32,000 nucleotides of DNA from Zymomonas mobilis subsp. mobilis ATCC 10988. Lineage in GTDB: Bacteria > Pseudomonadota > Alphaproteobacteria > Sphingomonadales > Sphingomonadaceae. Below the pieces are notes generated by a model. The model was not told where the DNA came from. It ran no database searches and saw nothing but the letters and a program-made list of their open reading frames with translations. This document shows positions 9,773 through 19,287 of this stretch, one piece after another (within the stretch, counting starts at the first letter, position 1; each line of letters begins with the position of its first letter). The position numbers and the translations under genes are program-made. Location: contig NC_017262.1 in NCBI RefSeq assembly GCF_000175255.2, forward strand, positions 1,620,001 through 1,652,000, written 5' to 3'.

Positions 9773-10527
9773 CCATCGAAATCTATAAGTCTTCTGTCCT
9801 TTCTGGGATTTCTCATGGCTTTTTGGGACGTCAAGGCGGTGTTTCTACAGGTATCTATAAAAGCCTGAATATTGGTTTGGGCACGCAGGACAGTCGGGAT
9901 CATATTTCTGAAAATCGGAAACGGGCAGTTGAAGCGGTAGCCCCCCATGCAACGCTGGTTACCCTGCGGCAAGTTCATTCTGCCAAGGCTGTTTTTGTTG
10001 AAAAAGCGGTTCTCGATGATCAACGCGTTGAAGCCGATGCGATGGTCACTCATCAGCCTCATTTAGCTTTGGGTATTTTGACGGCTGATTGCGTACCCGT
10101 TTTATTTGCAGATACAGTTTCCGGCCTTATCGGTGCGGCACATGCGGGTTGGAAGGGGGCTGTCGCTGGTGTAACCGATGCCACGATCGATCTTATGGTC
10201 GAAAAAGGTGCGCTACGGCATAATATTGTCGCGGCAATAGGCCCCGCCATTCAACAGGCCTCCTATGAAGTTGATGATGGCTTCTATCAAAGATTTGTTG
10301 CGGATAATTTAGGTAATCAGGCCTTCTTTTTAAAAGGCCGTGATGAACATTGGCAGTTTGATTTACCGGCCTATGTTGAAAAACGCCTTAAAAAAGCGGG
10401 ATTAGGCATGATTAGTCGTTCTTCGTTGGACACTTGTCAGAATAGCGAGCAGTTTTTTAGCTATCGTCGGGCATGCCTTGCCAGTGAAGCTGATTACGGT
10501 CGCCAGATTTCGATCATCGCTTTGTAA
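9769..10527 (+). CDS. pgeF: Peptidoglycan editing factor PgeF / YfiH family (multicopper oxidase-like fold)
   Basis: Likely start at 9769 (MTIEIYKSSVLSGISHGFLGRQGGVSTG...); motifs 'LRQVHSAKAVFV', 'ADAMVTHQPHLALGILTADCVPVLFAD', 'IGAAHAGWKGAVAGV', 'AAIGPAIQQASYEV'. Confidence 0.93.
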   Translation: MTIEIYKSSVLSGISHGFLGRQGGVSTGIYKSLNIGLGTQDSRDHISENRKRAVEAVAPHATLVTLRQVHSAKAVFVEKAVLDDQRVEADAMVTHQPHLALGILTADCVPVLFADTVSGLIGAAHAGWKGAVAGVTDATIDLMVEKGALRHNIVAAIGPAIQQASYEVDDGFYQRFVADNLGNQAFFLKGRDEHWQFDLPAYVEKRLKKAGLGMISRSSLDTCQNSEQFFSYRRACLASEADYGRQISIIAL

Positions 10528-10600
10528 AAGAAAAATCTGATATTTTTACTGTGAATATTGTTGCCTATTCTGGTCAGAATTGACGCTTAGGGAGTCTTTC

Positions 10601-11710
10601 ATGAAAACGCGTGCTGCTGTTGCTTTTGCCGAAAAACAACCTTTAGAAATTGTCGAACTTGACTTGGAAGGCCCCAAAGACGGCGAAGTTTTGGTTGAAA
10701 TTATGGCGACCGGTATTTGTCATACAGATGCCTATACTTTGGGCGGATTCGATAGCGAAGGCATCTTTCCAGTTGTATTGGGGCATGAAGGTGCTGGTAT
10801 TGTTCGCGAAGTCGGGAAGGGCGTGACTTCTGTCAAAGCGGGCGACCATGTCATTCCGCTTTACACGCCTGAATGTCGCCAATGTAAAAGCTGCCTTTCT
10901 GGTAAAACCAATCTTTGCACAGCTATTCGTGAAACACAGGGTAGAGGTGTAATGCCAGATGGCACAACGCGCTTTTCTTATAAAGGTCAGCTCATCTATC
11001 ACTATATGGGTTGCTCGACTTTCTCCAATTTTACGGTTTTGCCAGAAATAGCCGTTGCCAAAATTCGTGAAGATGCGCCTTTTAAAGCGGCATGTTACTG
11101 TGGTTGTGGCGTTTCAACAGGGGTCGGGGCAGTTATCAACACGGCAAAAGTGGAAGCGGGTGCCAATGTTGTGGTCTTTGGTCTCGGTGGAATCGGGCTT
11201 AATGTTATCCAAGCCGCGAGAATGGTGGGCGCCGATAAAATTATCGGTGTTGATACCAATGACTCAAAGGCTGAATGGGGGCGGCGTTTCGGGATGACGG
11301 ATTTTGTCAATCCGAACAAGATTGATGAAGATATTGTGCCTCATCTGCTGCGTTTAACGGAAGGGGGCGCTGATTATACCTTTGATTGCACCGGTAATAC
11401 CGATGTCATGCGCCAAGCCTTGGAAGCCTGTCATCGCGGATGGGGTGTTTCAGTGGTGATCGGTGTTGCCGAGGCTGGAAAAGAAATTTCGACCCGTCCT
11501 TTCCAGTTAGTGACAGGGCGCGTTTGGAAAGGCTCTGCTTTCGGCGGCGTTAAAGGCAGAACCGGTGTTCCGAAAATCGTTGACTGGTATATGAAGGGTA
11601 AAATTGAAATTGATCCGATGATTACCCATATCCTGTCATTAGAAGAGATCAATAAAGCGTTTGACCTGATGCATGAGGGTAAATCCATTCGTTCGGTTGT
11701 TCTTTTCTGA
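10601..11710 (+). CDS. frmA: S-(hydroxymethyl)glutathione dehydrogenase / class III alcohol dehydrogenase
   Basis: '[49 protein letters not shown]', '[14 protein letters not shown]', structural zinc '[15 protein letters not shown]', '[25 protein letters not shown]'. Confidence 0.95.
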   Translation: MKTRAAVAFAEKQPLEIVELDLEGPKDGEVLVEIMATGICHTDAYTLGGFDSEGIFPVVLGHEGAGIVREVGKGVTSVKAGDHVIPLYTPECRQCKSCLSGKTNLCTAIRETQGRGVMPDGTTRFSYKGQLIYHYMGCSTFSNFTVLPEIAVAKIREDAPFKAACYCGCGVSTGVGAVINTAKVEAGANVVVFGLGGIGLNVIQAARMVGADKIIGVDTNDSKAEWGRRFGMTDFVNPNKIDEDIVPHLLRLTEGGADYTFDCTGNTDVMRQALEACHRGWGVSVVIGVAEAGKEISTRPFQLVTGRVWKGSAFGGVKGRTGVPKIVDWYMKGKIEIDPMITHILSLEEINKAFDLMHEGKSIRSVVLF

Positions 11711-11751
11711 TTACCTGTCCTGTTAACCTGTGGATATAGAAGGTCGGTTCA

Positions 11752-12138
11752 ATGAGTAGTATTCTGACGCATCTGACAATTGGTTCCAATGACCTGAAGA
11801 AGGCGCGCATCTTTTATGATGCTGTTTTGGAACCGTTGGGTATCAAACTTATTCGCGAGGTCGAAGGACAGCGTTTTGCTTATGGCAAAGACGGCGAAGA
11901 AGGACGCATCATCATCGTAAAGCCTATTAATGGCGAAGCCGCTACCGCCGGAAATGGTATCACTATCGGTTTGGCAGCGCCTTCTGATGAAGCTGTCGAT
12001 GCTTTTTATAAAGCAGGCTTGGCTAATGGCGGTAAGGATGCCGGAGAGCCGGGGCCTCGTCCGGCTGCTAATAATTCTCGGGGTGCCTATTTATATGACC
12101 CTGAAGGCAATAAAATCTGCGCTTTCAATTTTAAATAA
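11752..12138 (+). CDS. VOC-family (glyoxalase/bleomycin-resistance-like) protein
   Basis: 'LTHLTIGSNDLKKARIFYDAVLEPLGIKL' and C-terminal 'NNSRGAYLYDPEGNKICAF'. Confidence 0.85.
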   Translation: MSSILTHLTIGSNDLKKARIFYDAVLEPLGIKLIREVEGQRFAYGKDGEEGRIIIVKPINGEAATAGNGITIGLAAPSDEAVDAFYKAGLANGGKDAGEPGPRPAANNSRGAYLYDPEGNKICAFNFK

Positions 12139-12149
12139 GATTTCTTTGG

Positions 12150-12180
12150 TGCAGGGTTATTCAAAATAGCCCTGCATTTT
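12150..12180 (+). terminator. Rho-independent terminator after the VOC gene
   Basis: tgcagggtta-ttcaaaa-tagccctgca then tttt; stem with one G-U. Confidence 0.7.
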
Positions 12181-12318
12181 CAGTATTATAGCGGCCATTA
12201 TGGCTTTTGCCTTGATAAAAAATTTATCAGGGCTGTTTTTCGTGATGAATATTTTTGATTTTTCAAGAAAAGCCTGATATCTTCCAACATCTTTCTTTGT
12301 ATATAAATGGAGCGAGCT

Positions 12319-12696
12319 ATGGCGCGCGTAACTGTCGAAGACTGTATCGATAAAGTTCATAATCGTTTCGATTTGATCTTATTAGCAGCTCAGCGTGCTC
12401 GCCAGATTTCCGGTGGTGCTGAACTGACACTCGATCGGGATCGCGATAAAAATCCAGTCGTTGCTTTACGTGAAATCGCAGATGAACTGATTACCCCTGT
12501 GCAATTACGTGAGGCCTTGTTGAATGATCTTCAGCAGGTTCATCTTGATGATGACGATGTGCCGGATGAGGTTGGTTCGCTTTCCGCTTCTGCCGAAGCC
12601 TTGCGCTTGACCGCAGAAACGCCTGCTAGAAATCAGACTTCTTCCCGTCGTGCCGCTGCTGCTGCGGCAGCCGCTGCGGCTGTCGATTACGACTGA
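12319..12696 (+). CDS. rpoZ: DNA-directed RNA polymerase omega subunit
   Basis: '[58 protein letters not shown]'; ends in an unusual poly-Ala tail. Confidence 0.96.
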   Translation: MARVTVEDCIDKVHNRFDLILLAAQRARQISGGAELTLDRDRDKNPVVALREIADELITPVQLREALLNDLQQVHLDDDDVPDEVGSLSASAEALRLTAETPARNQTSSRRAAAAAAAAAAVDYD

Positions 12697-12730
12697 TCTT
12701 TTACTATTCTTTGAATAGTTCGGAATTAAT

Positions 12731-12760
12731 AAAAGCCGCTTCTGAAAAGAAGCGGCTTTT
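12731..12760 (+). terminator. Rho-independent terminator of rpoZ
   Basis: Perfect 13-bp stem aaaagccgcttct-gaaa-agaagcggctttt. Confidence 0.85.
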
Positions 12761-12900
12761 ATATATCTCCAATCCTGATTGGTATATCAGGGCTATCTAA
12801 AAGACTGCTTGGAAATAATGGTTGGGGAGGAGGATAAACCGCCCATTTTCCAAAATCCCTTTTCGGTTAAGAAAATTGATTTTTGGAAGATTTATCCACA

Positions 12901-13806
12901 TTATTTATTTTCTGCAGCCAATGCCAAGGCGAAGGCACCCATCATACCGGCCTGATCACCTAACCCTGGTAATACGATAATTTTTTCGAAGTCAGCACCT
13001 TCAAAATAACTATTGGCAATTTCAGCCGTCTGACGACGAACAGAAGCCAGCATACCGTCAACATGCATAACGCCGCCGCCGAAAACGATACGTTCCGGTG
13101 AAATAAAGGCCTGAAGCGTGACGTTGAAGTGAGCCAAATAGAAAGCAATGATTTCTCTGGCTTTTTCAAATTCGGCCGGTTCCATTTCGTTCAGAGCCTT
13201 GCCCCAACGTTTACGGATAGCCGTGCCGCTGGCGAGACCTTCATAGCAACCGCCATGATAAGGGCAGCAACCTTCGAAATCACGATCATCAGGATGACGG
13301 ATCGGAATACCATGACCCATTTCAGGGTGAGCCAGACCATGAATCGGTTTACCATCAATCAGTACGCCACCGCCGAAGCCGGTGCCAACCGTGACATAAA
13401 CAGATGTATGGGTGCCTTTTGATGCGCCCCAGAAGTTTTCAGCCAAAGCTGCGCCATTCACATCGGTGTCGATTTCAACCGGGCAACCAAAAGCTTCTTT
13501 AAAGGGCGTTACAACGTCCGTATTCGGCCAGAAAGGTTTCGGGGTATTGGTGATATAGCCCCATTTCGGGCTTTTGCGATCGAGGCAAAGCGGACCAAAT
13601 GACGCGATACCAAAAGACGCAAAAGAATCAGCGTATTGAGGAAGCGCTTTTTTGAAGAATTCAACACTTTTACCAAGCGTTTCTTCAGGGGTTGTGGTCG
13701 GAACACGTTCCACAGCCAGCATCTTCCGGTCAGAATCAATAAGGGCGAGCATAAATTTCGTTCCGCCGCCTTCAATGCATCCATAAATTTTTTTATCGTT
13801 TTTCAT
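12901..13806 (-). CDS. frk: Fructokinase (ROK family)
   Basis: 'MKNDKKIYGCIEGGGTKFMLALIDSDRKMLAVERVPTTTPEETL', 'GTHTSVYVTVGTGFGGGVLIDGKPIHGLAHPEMGHGIPI', ROK zinc-binding Cys/His cluster 'CCPYHGGCYEGLASG'. Confidence 0.95.
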   Translation of the reverse strand: MKNDKKIYGCIEGGGTKFMLALIDSDRKMLAVERVPTTTPEETLGKSVEFFKKALPQYADSFASFGIASFGPLCLDRKSPKWGYITNTPKPFWPNTDVVTPFKEAFGCPVEIDTDVNGAALAENFWGASKGTHTSVYVTVGTGFGGGVLIDGKPIHGLAHPEMGHGIPIRHPDDRDFEGCCPYHGGCYEGLASGTAIRKRWGKALNEMEPAEFEKAREIIAFYLAHFNVTLQAFISPERIVFGGGVMHVDGMLASVRRQTAEIANSYFEGADFEKIIVLPGLGDQAGMMGAFALALAAENK

Positions 13807-14513
13807 TATTCTCACCACTCACAAAATCCCCCCGTAATACGGAGGTATATGCTGTCCATTCGCTTTAAATTATGACGATGACCTCGATTTTTCTTCTGTG
13901 CCAAAAGGCCTTTTGAATAAATCGAAATCGACCGTCTGCGATTCGTCCAACTGGTAGGATTATAACTAAGTTTTCTTTCTTAATTAAGAAAGATATCAAA
14001 AATATTTTAGAAATATTTTCTTGGAAAATTTAAAGTAAAATGAAGTTATTTTTTAAAAAATAAAGAAAAAATATATTTTTGCTGATATTTAAAACGAAAT
14101 AAATTCGGGATTGGATGTATTTTATTTTTTTTCAAAAATAATTTGGATATCTTGAATCTAAGATAAATTTCTTTTTGTCCAAAGAAGTCCTTCTTTAGGA
14201 ATGGTAATATTTTGTTATTTTTTTTGTGTTTTTTCTGTCTTTAAATAATTCTCTTTTGTGTCATTCGTGTTTTTTTATGAAAAAAATAAAAGTTTTTTTG
14301 TCAACGTTGTCATGAAACATTTATTTTTATTGCATAAGCGATAGTTTTCTACGCTTTTCGATACTAAATTTAGCAATCTTTATTGCTATTTAATTGGAAT
14401 TTATTATCGCAATGCTGCGATTTTGAATATTCGTTTTCTGAATTGTAATAAATACAATCCAGAAAACAGTATCCGAAATAAAAAGGCAGACCTTCTTTTC
14501 TATATTTTGGATT

Positions 14514-15386
14514 TTATTTGAAATGATGATTGCGGCTGCAAGCGCCAAGCCCTGCGAGAACAACTTTATAATCATCGGCCACGGCAATCATATCATGTGC
14601 GGATAAGGTGGATAAAACGGATTGCGGTATATTTCTCGGTAATCCGCAAGCCAGCCGATACCATAATAAACTATTCGGGGCAGGGGGCGTTGCGGCTTCG
14701 TCGGTCATTTCGCCTAAGGCAACTGCCCATTGCGGCTTTTCCTGTGGGCGGCGCAGGATATTCAAAGAAATAGGTTGTTTACTTATCGTTTGTAAGAAAA
14801 TCTGGGTTTCACTTTCACCCGGAACAGACCCCGGCACATAAAAAGCGCTTGTGATAGAAGTTATTTGCGGGGCAGGGCTATTGGATAAGATTTCACGCGT
14901 AATCCCACTTACAACCGCTTCGCTTTTCGGATCCCAATCCAGATTGGAATCTGGGCGGGTCAGCATGATTTGATCGGGATGTCCTGATACGGGTTGGCCA
15001 AATATTAAAAAGCGCGTTTTTTCTGGAATACGCTTGGCGTGACCTTTTTCATCATTAGGCACATCAAGAAGATAAGAAATATTGCCGGCAAGCCCATCTG
15101 CACCGCGAATCAATGAGGAAACTTTGGCTTCAATATAGAAGCGGGTTTTTCCTTCTTGTAAATCAGGCGCTAATTTTGCTGATAATTTTTTAGCTCTCGT
15201 AACCTCAACTGAAGCAATAATCGGAGACATTAGGGTAATATCTACAAAGTCGGCATAAGTAAAATCGGAGACCGATATTGTTTTTACTTCCTGATTCGAT
15301 TGTGCTTTTGCGGCGATAAGTGGTGACAAGCTTAACGCTGTTATAAGAAGTGTATTTCTTATCCATTTCATTATCTTATTCCTCAA
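14514..15386 (-). CDS. Hypothetical secreted/periplasmic protein
   Basis: 290 aa with signal peptide-like start 'MRNKIMKWIRNTLLITALSLSPLIAAKAQS'; no family recognised. Confidence 0.7.
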   Translation of the reverse strand: MRNKIMKWIRNTLLITALSLSPLIAAKAQSNQEVKTISVSDFTYADFVDITLMSPIIASVEVTRAKKLSAKLAPDLQEGKTRFYIEAKVSSLIRGADGLAGNISYLLDVPNDEKGHAKRIPEKTRFLIFGQPVSGHPDQIMLTRPDSNLDWDPKSEAVVSGITREILSNSPAPQITSITSAFYVPGSVPGESETQIFLQTISKQPISLNILRRPQEKPQWAVALGEMTDEAATPPAPNSLLWYRLACGLPRNIPQSVLSTLSAHDMIAVADDYKVVLAGLGACSRNHHFK

Positions 15387-15727
15387 GATTTATTTTATAA
15401 CTTGATTTATAGTTATATTTTTATTCGTTTTTACCATTTGTAATAAAAATGAAAACTTTTTTTGTTAAAAAATGCCCTCTTGATTTTTAATAAAATACAC
15501 TTTTGTAATGATATGATAAAGCAATTGCATGTCTCCCCTTGTCACGATAAGATCGGGACGTAGAGCCGTTCGCGGCCATGGTCGTCTAAGATTCCATTTA
15601 TGATAGGGAACATGAATGGTTATCGACAATCACGGAACTTGCGTGTGTGCTCGTTATGGGGGATTCGATAAATTCGACTGTCTGGCGGGTGCCACAGCTT
15701 GAGGACTGGAGGGAGTAAATTTCCTGA

Positions 15728-16459
15728 ATGGCTTACGCTGATCAACAACCAATGAGCCGACGTAAAATCGTCGCTATCGGCTTAGTGGTGGTGGTTCATA
15801 TTATACTTATCTATGGCATGGTCTCTGGCCTGGCGGTCAAAGTCTACAAACATGCTACAACAGATTTAAAGGTGTTTGATGTCAAAACACCACCGCCTCC
15901 ACCAAAGCCACCTGAACCGCCCAAAAAAGAACAGCCAAAAATTGTTCAAAAACCAACACCACAGCCTAAACAAACCACGCCGCCACAGATTGTGACGCCT
16001 CCTGTTAAAGTTGATGTTCCTCATGTCGAGGCACCGGCTGTTCAGACGGTTACCAGTCAACCAGTGGCACCAATGACCGCACTTGCTGGCCCCATTGGTA
16101 AAGGTCCCATTGGCCCCCCTTCCGAGGGTAAGCCCGATGGAAACGGTCAGAGTGGTGGTGTTGCAACTGCTGCTCGTCCACATGGCGATCAGACCCAGTG
16201 GGTTACTCAGGATGATTATCCGTCCCGAGCCATGCGTGATGGTAAATCCGGTACAACCGCGATTGCCTTTACGATTGGAACCGATGGGCGTGTTTCACAA
16301 TGCCATGTTACTTCATCAAGCGGGACACCCGAACTTGATGAGGCGACCTGTAAATACTTCACAATGCGTGCGCGTTACTATCCGGCTAAATCCACTTCGG
16401 GCGACCCTGTCGTTAGCTCCGGTGTCCAGCGCATTATTTGGCGTATTCCGGATGATTGA
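15728..16459 (+). CDS. tonB: Energy transducer TonB
   Basis: N-terminal TM anchor 'RKIVAIGLVVVVHIILIYGMVSGLAV', proline-rich 'PPPPPKPPEPPKKEQPK' linker, C-terminal 'YPSRAMRDGKSGTTAIAFTIGTDGRVSQCHVTSSSGTPELDEATCKYF'. Confidence 0.95.
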   Translation: MAYADQQPMSRRKIVAIGLVVVVHIILIYGMVSGLAVKVYKHATTDLKVFDVKTPPPPPKPPEPPKKEQPKIVQKPTPQPKQTTPPQIVTPPVKVDVPHVEAPAVQTVTSQPVAPMTALAGPIGKGPIGPPSEGKPDGNGQSGGVATAARPHGDQTQWVTQDDYPSRAMRDGKSGTTAIAFTIGTDGRVSQCHVTSSSGTPELDEATCKYFTMRARYYPAKSTSGDPVVSSGVQRIIWRIPDD

Positions 16460-16636
16460 TCGGGATAACATAACTATTCAAATGTAGAATTTATTCAAAA
16501 GATTGATTTTGTTAAAAATTTTACATCGAAATAGTTCAATATATTAAGAAAATGTGATTTTCTTTGCTAAAGAATTTCACAATTTCTCATTTTAATCTTG
16601 ATATCATCTCTATTTTGCTAAGAGGAAATACTAGTC

Positions 16637-17380
16637 ATGGCTACCCCAGCAGCTCCTGCCGTCGAGGCCAGTGCTTACGGTCTTACCGGTGCCCTTCAAC
16701 AGGGGGGCGCTCCGACTTGGACGGTTCTTATTATCCTGGTATTGATGTCTGCCGCTTCATGGTACGTGATTTTCACCAAATTGTGGGAGCAGCATCGCGT
16801 CCTTGTCCAAAGCCGTGAAGTCGGTGCTGCATTCTGGAATGCGCCTTCTTTGAAAGACGCTGCCAAGAAGCTCGAAGAAAATACCGCTTATCGCCAGATC
16901 GTTGAAGATGGTCTGGATGCTGATACGCAGTATGTCAAAATCCCGAATGCTATTGATCAGCATGAATGGTTGAATGACTCACTGGAACGCAGCGTTGGTT
17001 CTATCAATGCGCGTTTGGGTTCTGGTCTGGCTATTCTTGCTACCGTTGGTGCAACTTCTCCGTTCGTCGGTCTGTTCGGTACGGTTAATGGTATTTACGG
17101 TGCTTTGGTTCAGATCGGTGCTTCTGGTCAGGCTTCTATCGGTAAAGTCGCCGGTCCGGTCGGTGAAGCTTTGATCATGACCTCCATCGGTCTTGCCGTC
17201 GCTGTGCCTGCCGTTTTGGGTTACAACTGGTTAAGCCGTCGGAATAAAACCATTGCTGAACGGATTGGTTCTTTTGCCATTGATGTTCACGCTTATCTGG
17301 TTTCAGGCGGCGCTGTTCGTCCTGAATTCAAGGCTTCACCTGCTGCAGCCGCAAAGAAACCGGCTCCGGTTAAGCATTAA
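16637..17380 (+). CDS. exbB: MotA/TolQ/ExbB proton channel family protein
   Basis: 'GSINARLGSGLAILATVGATSPFVGLFGTVNGIYGALVQIGASGQASIGKVAGPVGEALIMTSIGLAVAVPAVLGYN'. Confidence 0.95.
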   Translation: MATPAAPAVEASAYGLTGALQQGGAPTWTVLIILVLMSAASWYVIFTKLWEQHRVLVQSREVGAAFWNAPSLKDAAKKLEENTAYRQIVEDGLDADTQYVKIPNAIDQHEWLNDSLERSVGSINARLGSGLAILATVGATSPFVGLFGTVNGIYGALVQIGASGQASIGKVAGPVGEALIMTSIGLAVAVPAVLGYNWLSRRNKTIAERIGSFAIDVHAYLVSGGAVRPEFKASPAAAAKKPAPVKH

Positions 17381-17396
17381 GCCCCTGCCGTTTTCT

Positions 17397-17425
17397 GGCC
17401 GGAGAGGCTTTTCCCCTCTCCGGTC
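17397..17425 (+). promoter_or_regulatory. Intercistronic hairpin between exbB and exbD
   Basis: ccggagagg-ctttccc-region-cctctccgg, perfect 9-bp GC-rich stem (17399-17407 with 17415-17423), not followed by a U tract. Confidence 0.6.
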
Positions 17426-17506
17426 ACATGCCTTTTAAAATAACGTCTTTTAAAAGACCGTTATTCAAGGATGACCAGACAATTGATGCTATAGGAACTA
17501 TCACCA

Positions 17507-17998
17507 ATGGGAATGAGCTTAGGAGGGGATGATGATGCCCCAATGTCAAACATCAACACAACGCCCCTTGTGGATGTTATGCTGGTGTTGCTCATCATTT
17601 TTCTGATTACGGTCCCGGTGGTGGTTGAATCCGTACCGGTTAAATTACCTGATACACGTTTTGCCCCTGCTCGAACCAAGCCGGAAGATGTGTCTCTTTC
17701 AGTCAGATCAGGTGCCAATGGAACCTGTGAAGTCTTTTGGAATTTGACGCGTGTCAATTCGCAAAGCCTTAGTGATCGGGCTGTTAAAAAACTGAAATCC
17801 GAGATTGATCGCCAAGGGGGGCCGCAGACACCGGGCCTGCTTTTACCCGAAGTCCATATTCGCGGGGATGTGAATACCCCTTATCGTTGCATCGGGGGTG
17901 TTATCTACACCATGCAGGAAGCAGGTTTTGCTAAAGTCGGCTTTATTTCCGAACCGCCTCCTGGCCCGGCAGCAGCAGATGAGCAAGGCGAACAATAA
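17507..17998 (+). CDS. exbD: ExbD/TolR family biopolymer transporter, first paralog
   Basis: 'MSNINTTPLVDVMLVLLIIFLITVPVVVESVPVKLP'. Confidence 0.93.
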   Translation: MGMSLGGDDDAPMSNINTTPLVDVMLVLLIIFLITVPVVVESVPVKLPDTRFAPARTKPEDVSLSVRSGANGTCEVFWNLTRVNSQSLSDRAVKKLKSEIDRQGGPQTPGLLLPEVHIRGDVNTPYRCIGGVIYTMQEAGFAKVGFISEPPPGPAAADEQGEQ

Positions 17999-18050
17999 CT
18001 TGTTTGCTCCCTATCATCTTATTGATGATTTAATTTAAGGAGTTTTGGCT

Positions 18051-18473
18051 ATGGCGATATCGGCCGGCGGTGACAATGACGAACCGATGATGGACATCAA
18101 CACGACACCACTTATTGACGTTATGTTGGTGTTGCTGATCATGTTCATTATTACCATCCCGATTGAAACTCATGCCGTAAAGTTGAATCTGCCACAGAAT
18201 AACTCGCAAAATCAGGATCCTATTGATCCGGTTAAAAACAAAATCATGATTGATGCTGCGGGCACTATTCTTTGGAATGGCAAACCCACGGAACTGCCAG
18301 AACTTCGCCGTTATCTGGATGAAACACAGGCGATGAATCCTGTCCCTGAACTCCAGATTCAGCCGGATCCGCAGGTTCGCTATGACGTCGTGGATAAAGT
18401 CTTAGCCGAATGTAAAAAAGCCCAGGTCGAAAAAATGGGTTTTGTTGGGAATGAGGCCTATCGCAGCTTTTGA
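18051..18473 (+). CDS. ExbD/TolR family biopolymer transporter, second paralog
   Basis: 'MMDINTTPLIDVMLVLLIMFIITIPIETHAVKLNLP'; 47 bp after the first exbD as given by the ORF track start at 18045. Confidence 0.93.
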   Translation: MAISAGGDNDEPMMDINTTPLIDVMLVLLIMFIITIPIETHAVKLNLPQNNSQNQDPIDPVKNKIMIDAAGTILWNGKPTELPELRRYLDETQAMNPVPELQIQPDPQVRYDVVDKVLAECKKAQVEKMGFVGNEAYRSF

Positions 18474-18801
18474 CGGATTCTTCGATTCTGTCGATATGGC
18501 CAAATTTTTCCAAAGTGACGTTAAGATTATCGGGTAAGTGATGCCGGAAATCTGGATAGAGTTTTCTATCGTAAGATTTTCGGCATTGTTTTTACTGTTT
18601 TTTTCAACACCATATGCTATAATTTTTCCGAATTGGCCAAAAGATGGCACAGAATTGCTTGTGGAATCGTTTGTATTTTGATAAGCGCCCCATCTGAATA
18701 TATGTGCCAGATGGCTGGTATATTAACGAATTTATGCGACAGGTGTTTCGAAGGGGAGCCCTTTGGGATATTTTTCTGTCTAGCAGGAGATATGAATTCT
18801 T

Positions 18802-19008
18802 ATGCAGATCATCGTTCGCGACAATAATGTCGATCAAGCTCTTCGCGCCCTCAAGAAAAAATTACAGCGTGAAGGTGTCTATCGCGAGATGAAACTGCGT
18901 CGTCACTATGAAAAGCCTTCTGAAAAGCGCGCACGTGAACGCGCTGCTGCTGTCCGTCGTTCCCGCAAGCTGGAACGTAAACGGGCAGAACGTGATGGTA
19001 TCCGTTAA
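18802..19008 (+). CDS. rpsU: 30S ribosomal protein bS21
   Basis: '[60 protein letters not shown]'. Confidence 0.98.
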   Translation: MQIIVRDNNVDQALRALKKKLQREGVYREMKLRRHYEKPSEKRARERAAAVRRSRKLERKRAERDGIR

Positions 19009-19061
19009 GTTTTAACTGGATACACCTTCTTGATCTAAGAAGTGTGCCTGTTTCATATGAT

Positions 19062-19091
19062 AAATCGCCTCCCTTTTAGGGATGGCGATTT
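19062..19091 (+). terminator. Probable terminator of rpsU
   Basis: aaatcgcc-...-ggcgattt stem with inner tccc/ggga, followed by a T-rich run. Confidence 0.65.
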
Positions 19092-19287
19092 GTTTTCATT
19101 TTATCAGGGTATCGCAAAATACCCTGCAAAATGAATGACGATGCGTTTTTCATCCTCATCGCTATAAGGCATGTCCCGATTGCTTCTTATTCCTCTTTTT
19201 TCGGATAAGACGCTGTTTAGGATTTGTTTAATAGCTGAATATTGAAAACCACCCTATCGTAACGGTAATCCTGTTTAAAGGAATGAC

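Noticed and set aside
15900-15970. Repetitive CC(A/T)CC(A/T) sequence looking like a tandem repeat
   Set aside because: This is the Pro/Lys-rich periplasmic linker coding sequence of TonB.
16974-17438. Overlapping + strand ORFs of 66 and 61 aa within exbB
   Set aside because: Alternative-frame readings of exbB coding sequence with no start context or family support.
18633-18827. 64-aa + strand ORF and minus-strand ORFs upstream of rpsU
   Set aside because: Possible but unsupported: it overlaps the rpsU start, and I could not recognise a family or a clear ribosome-binding site.
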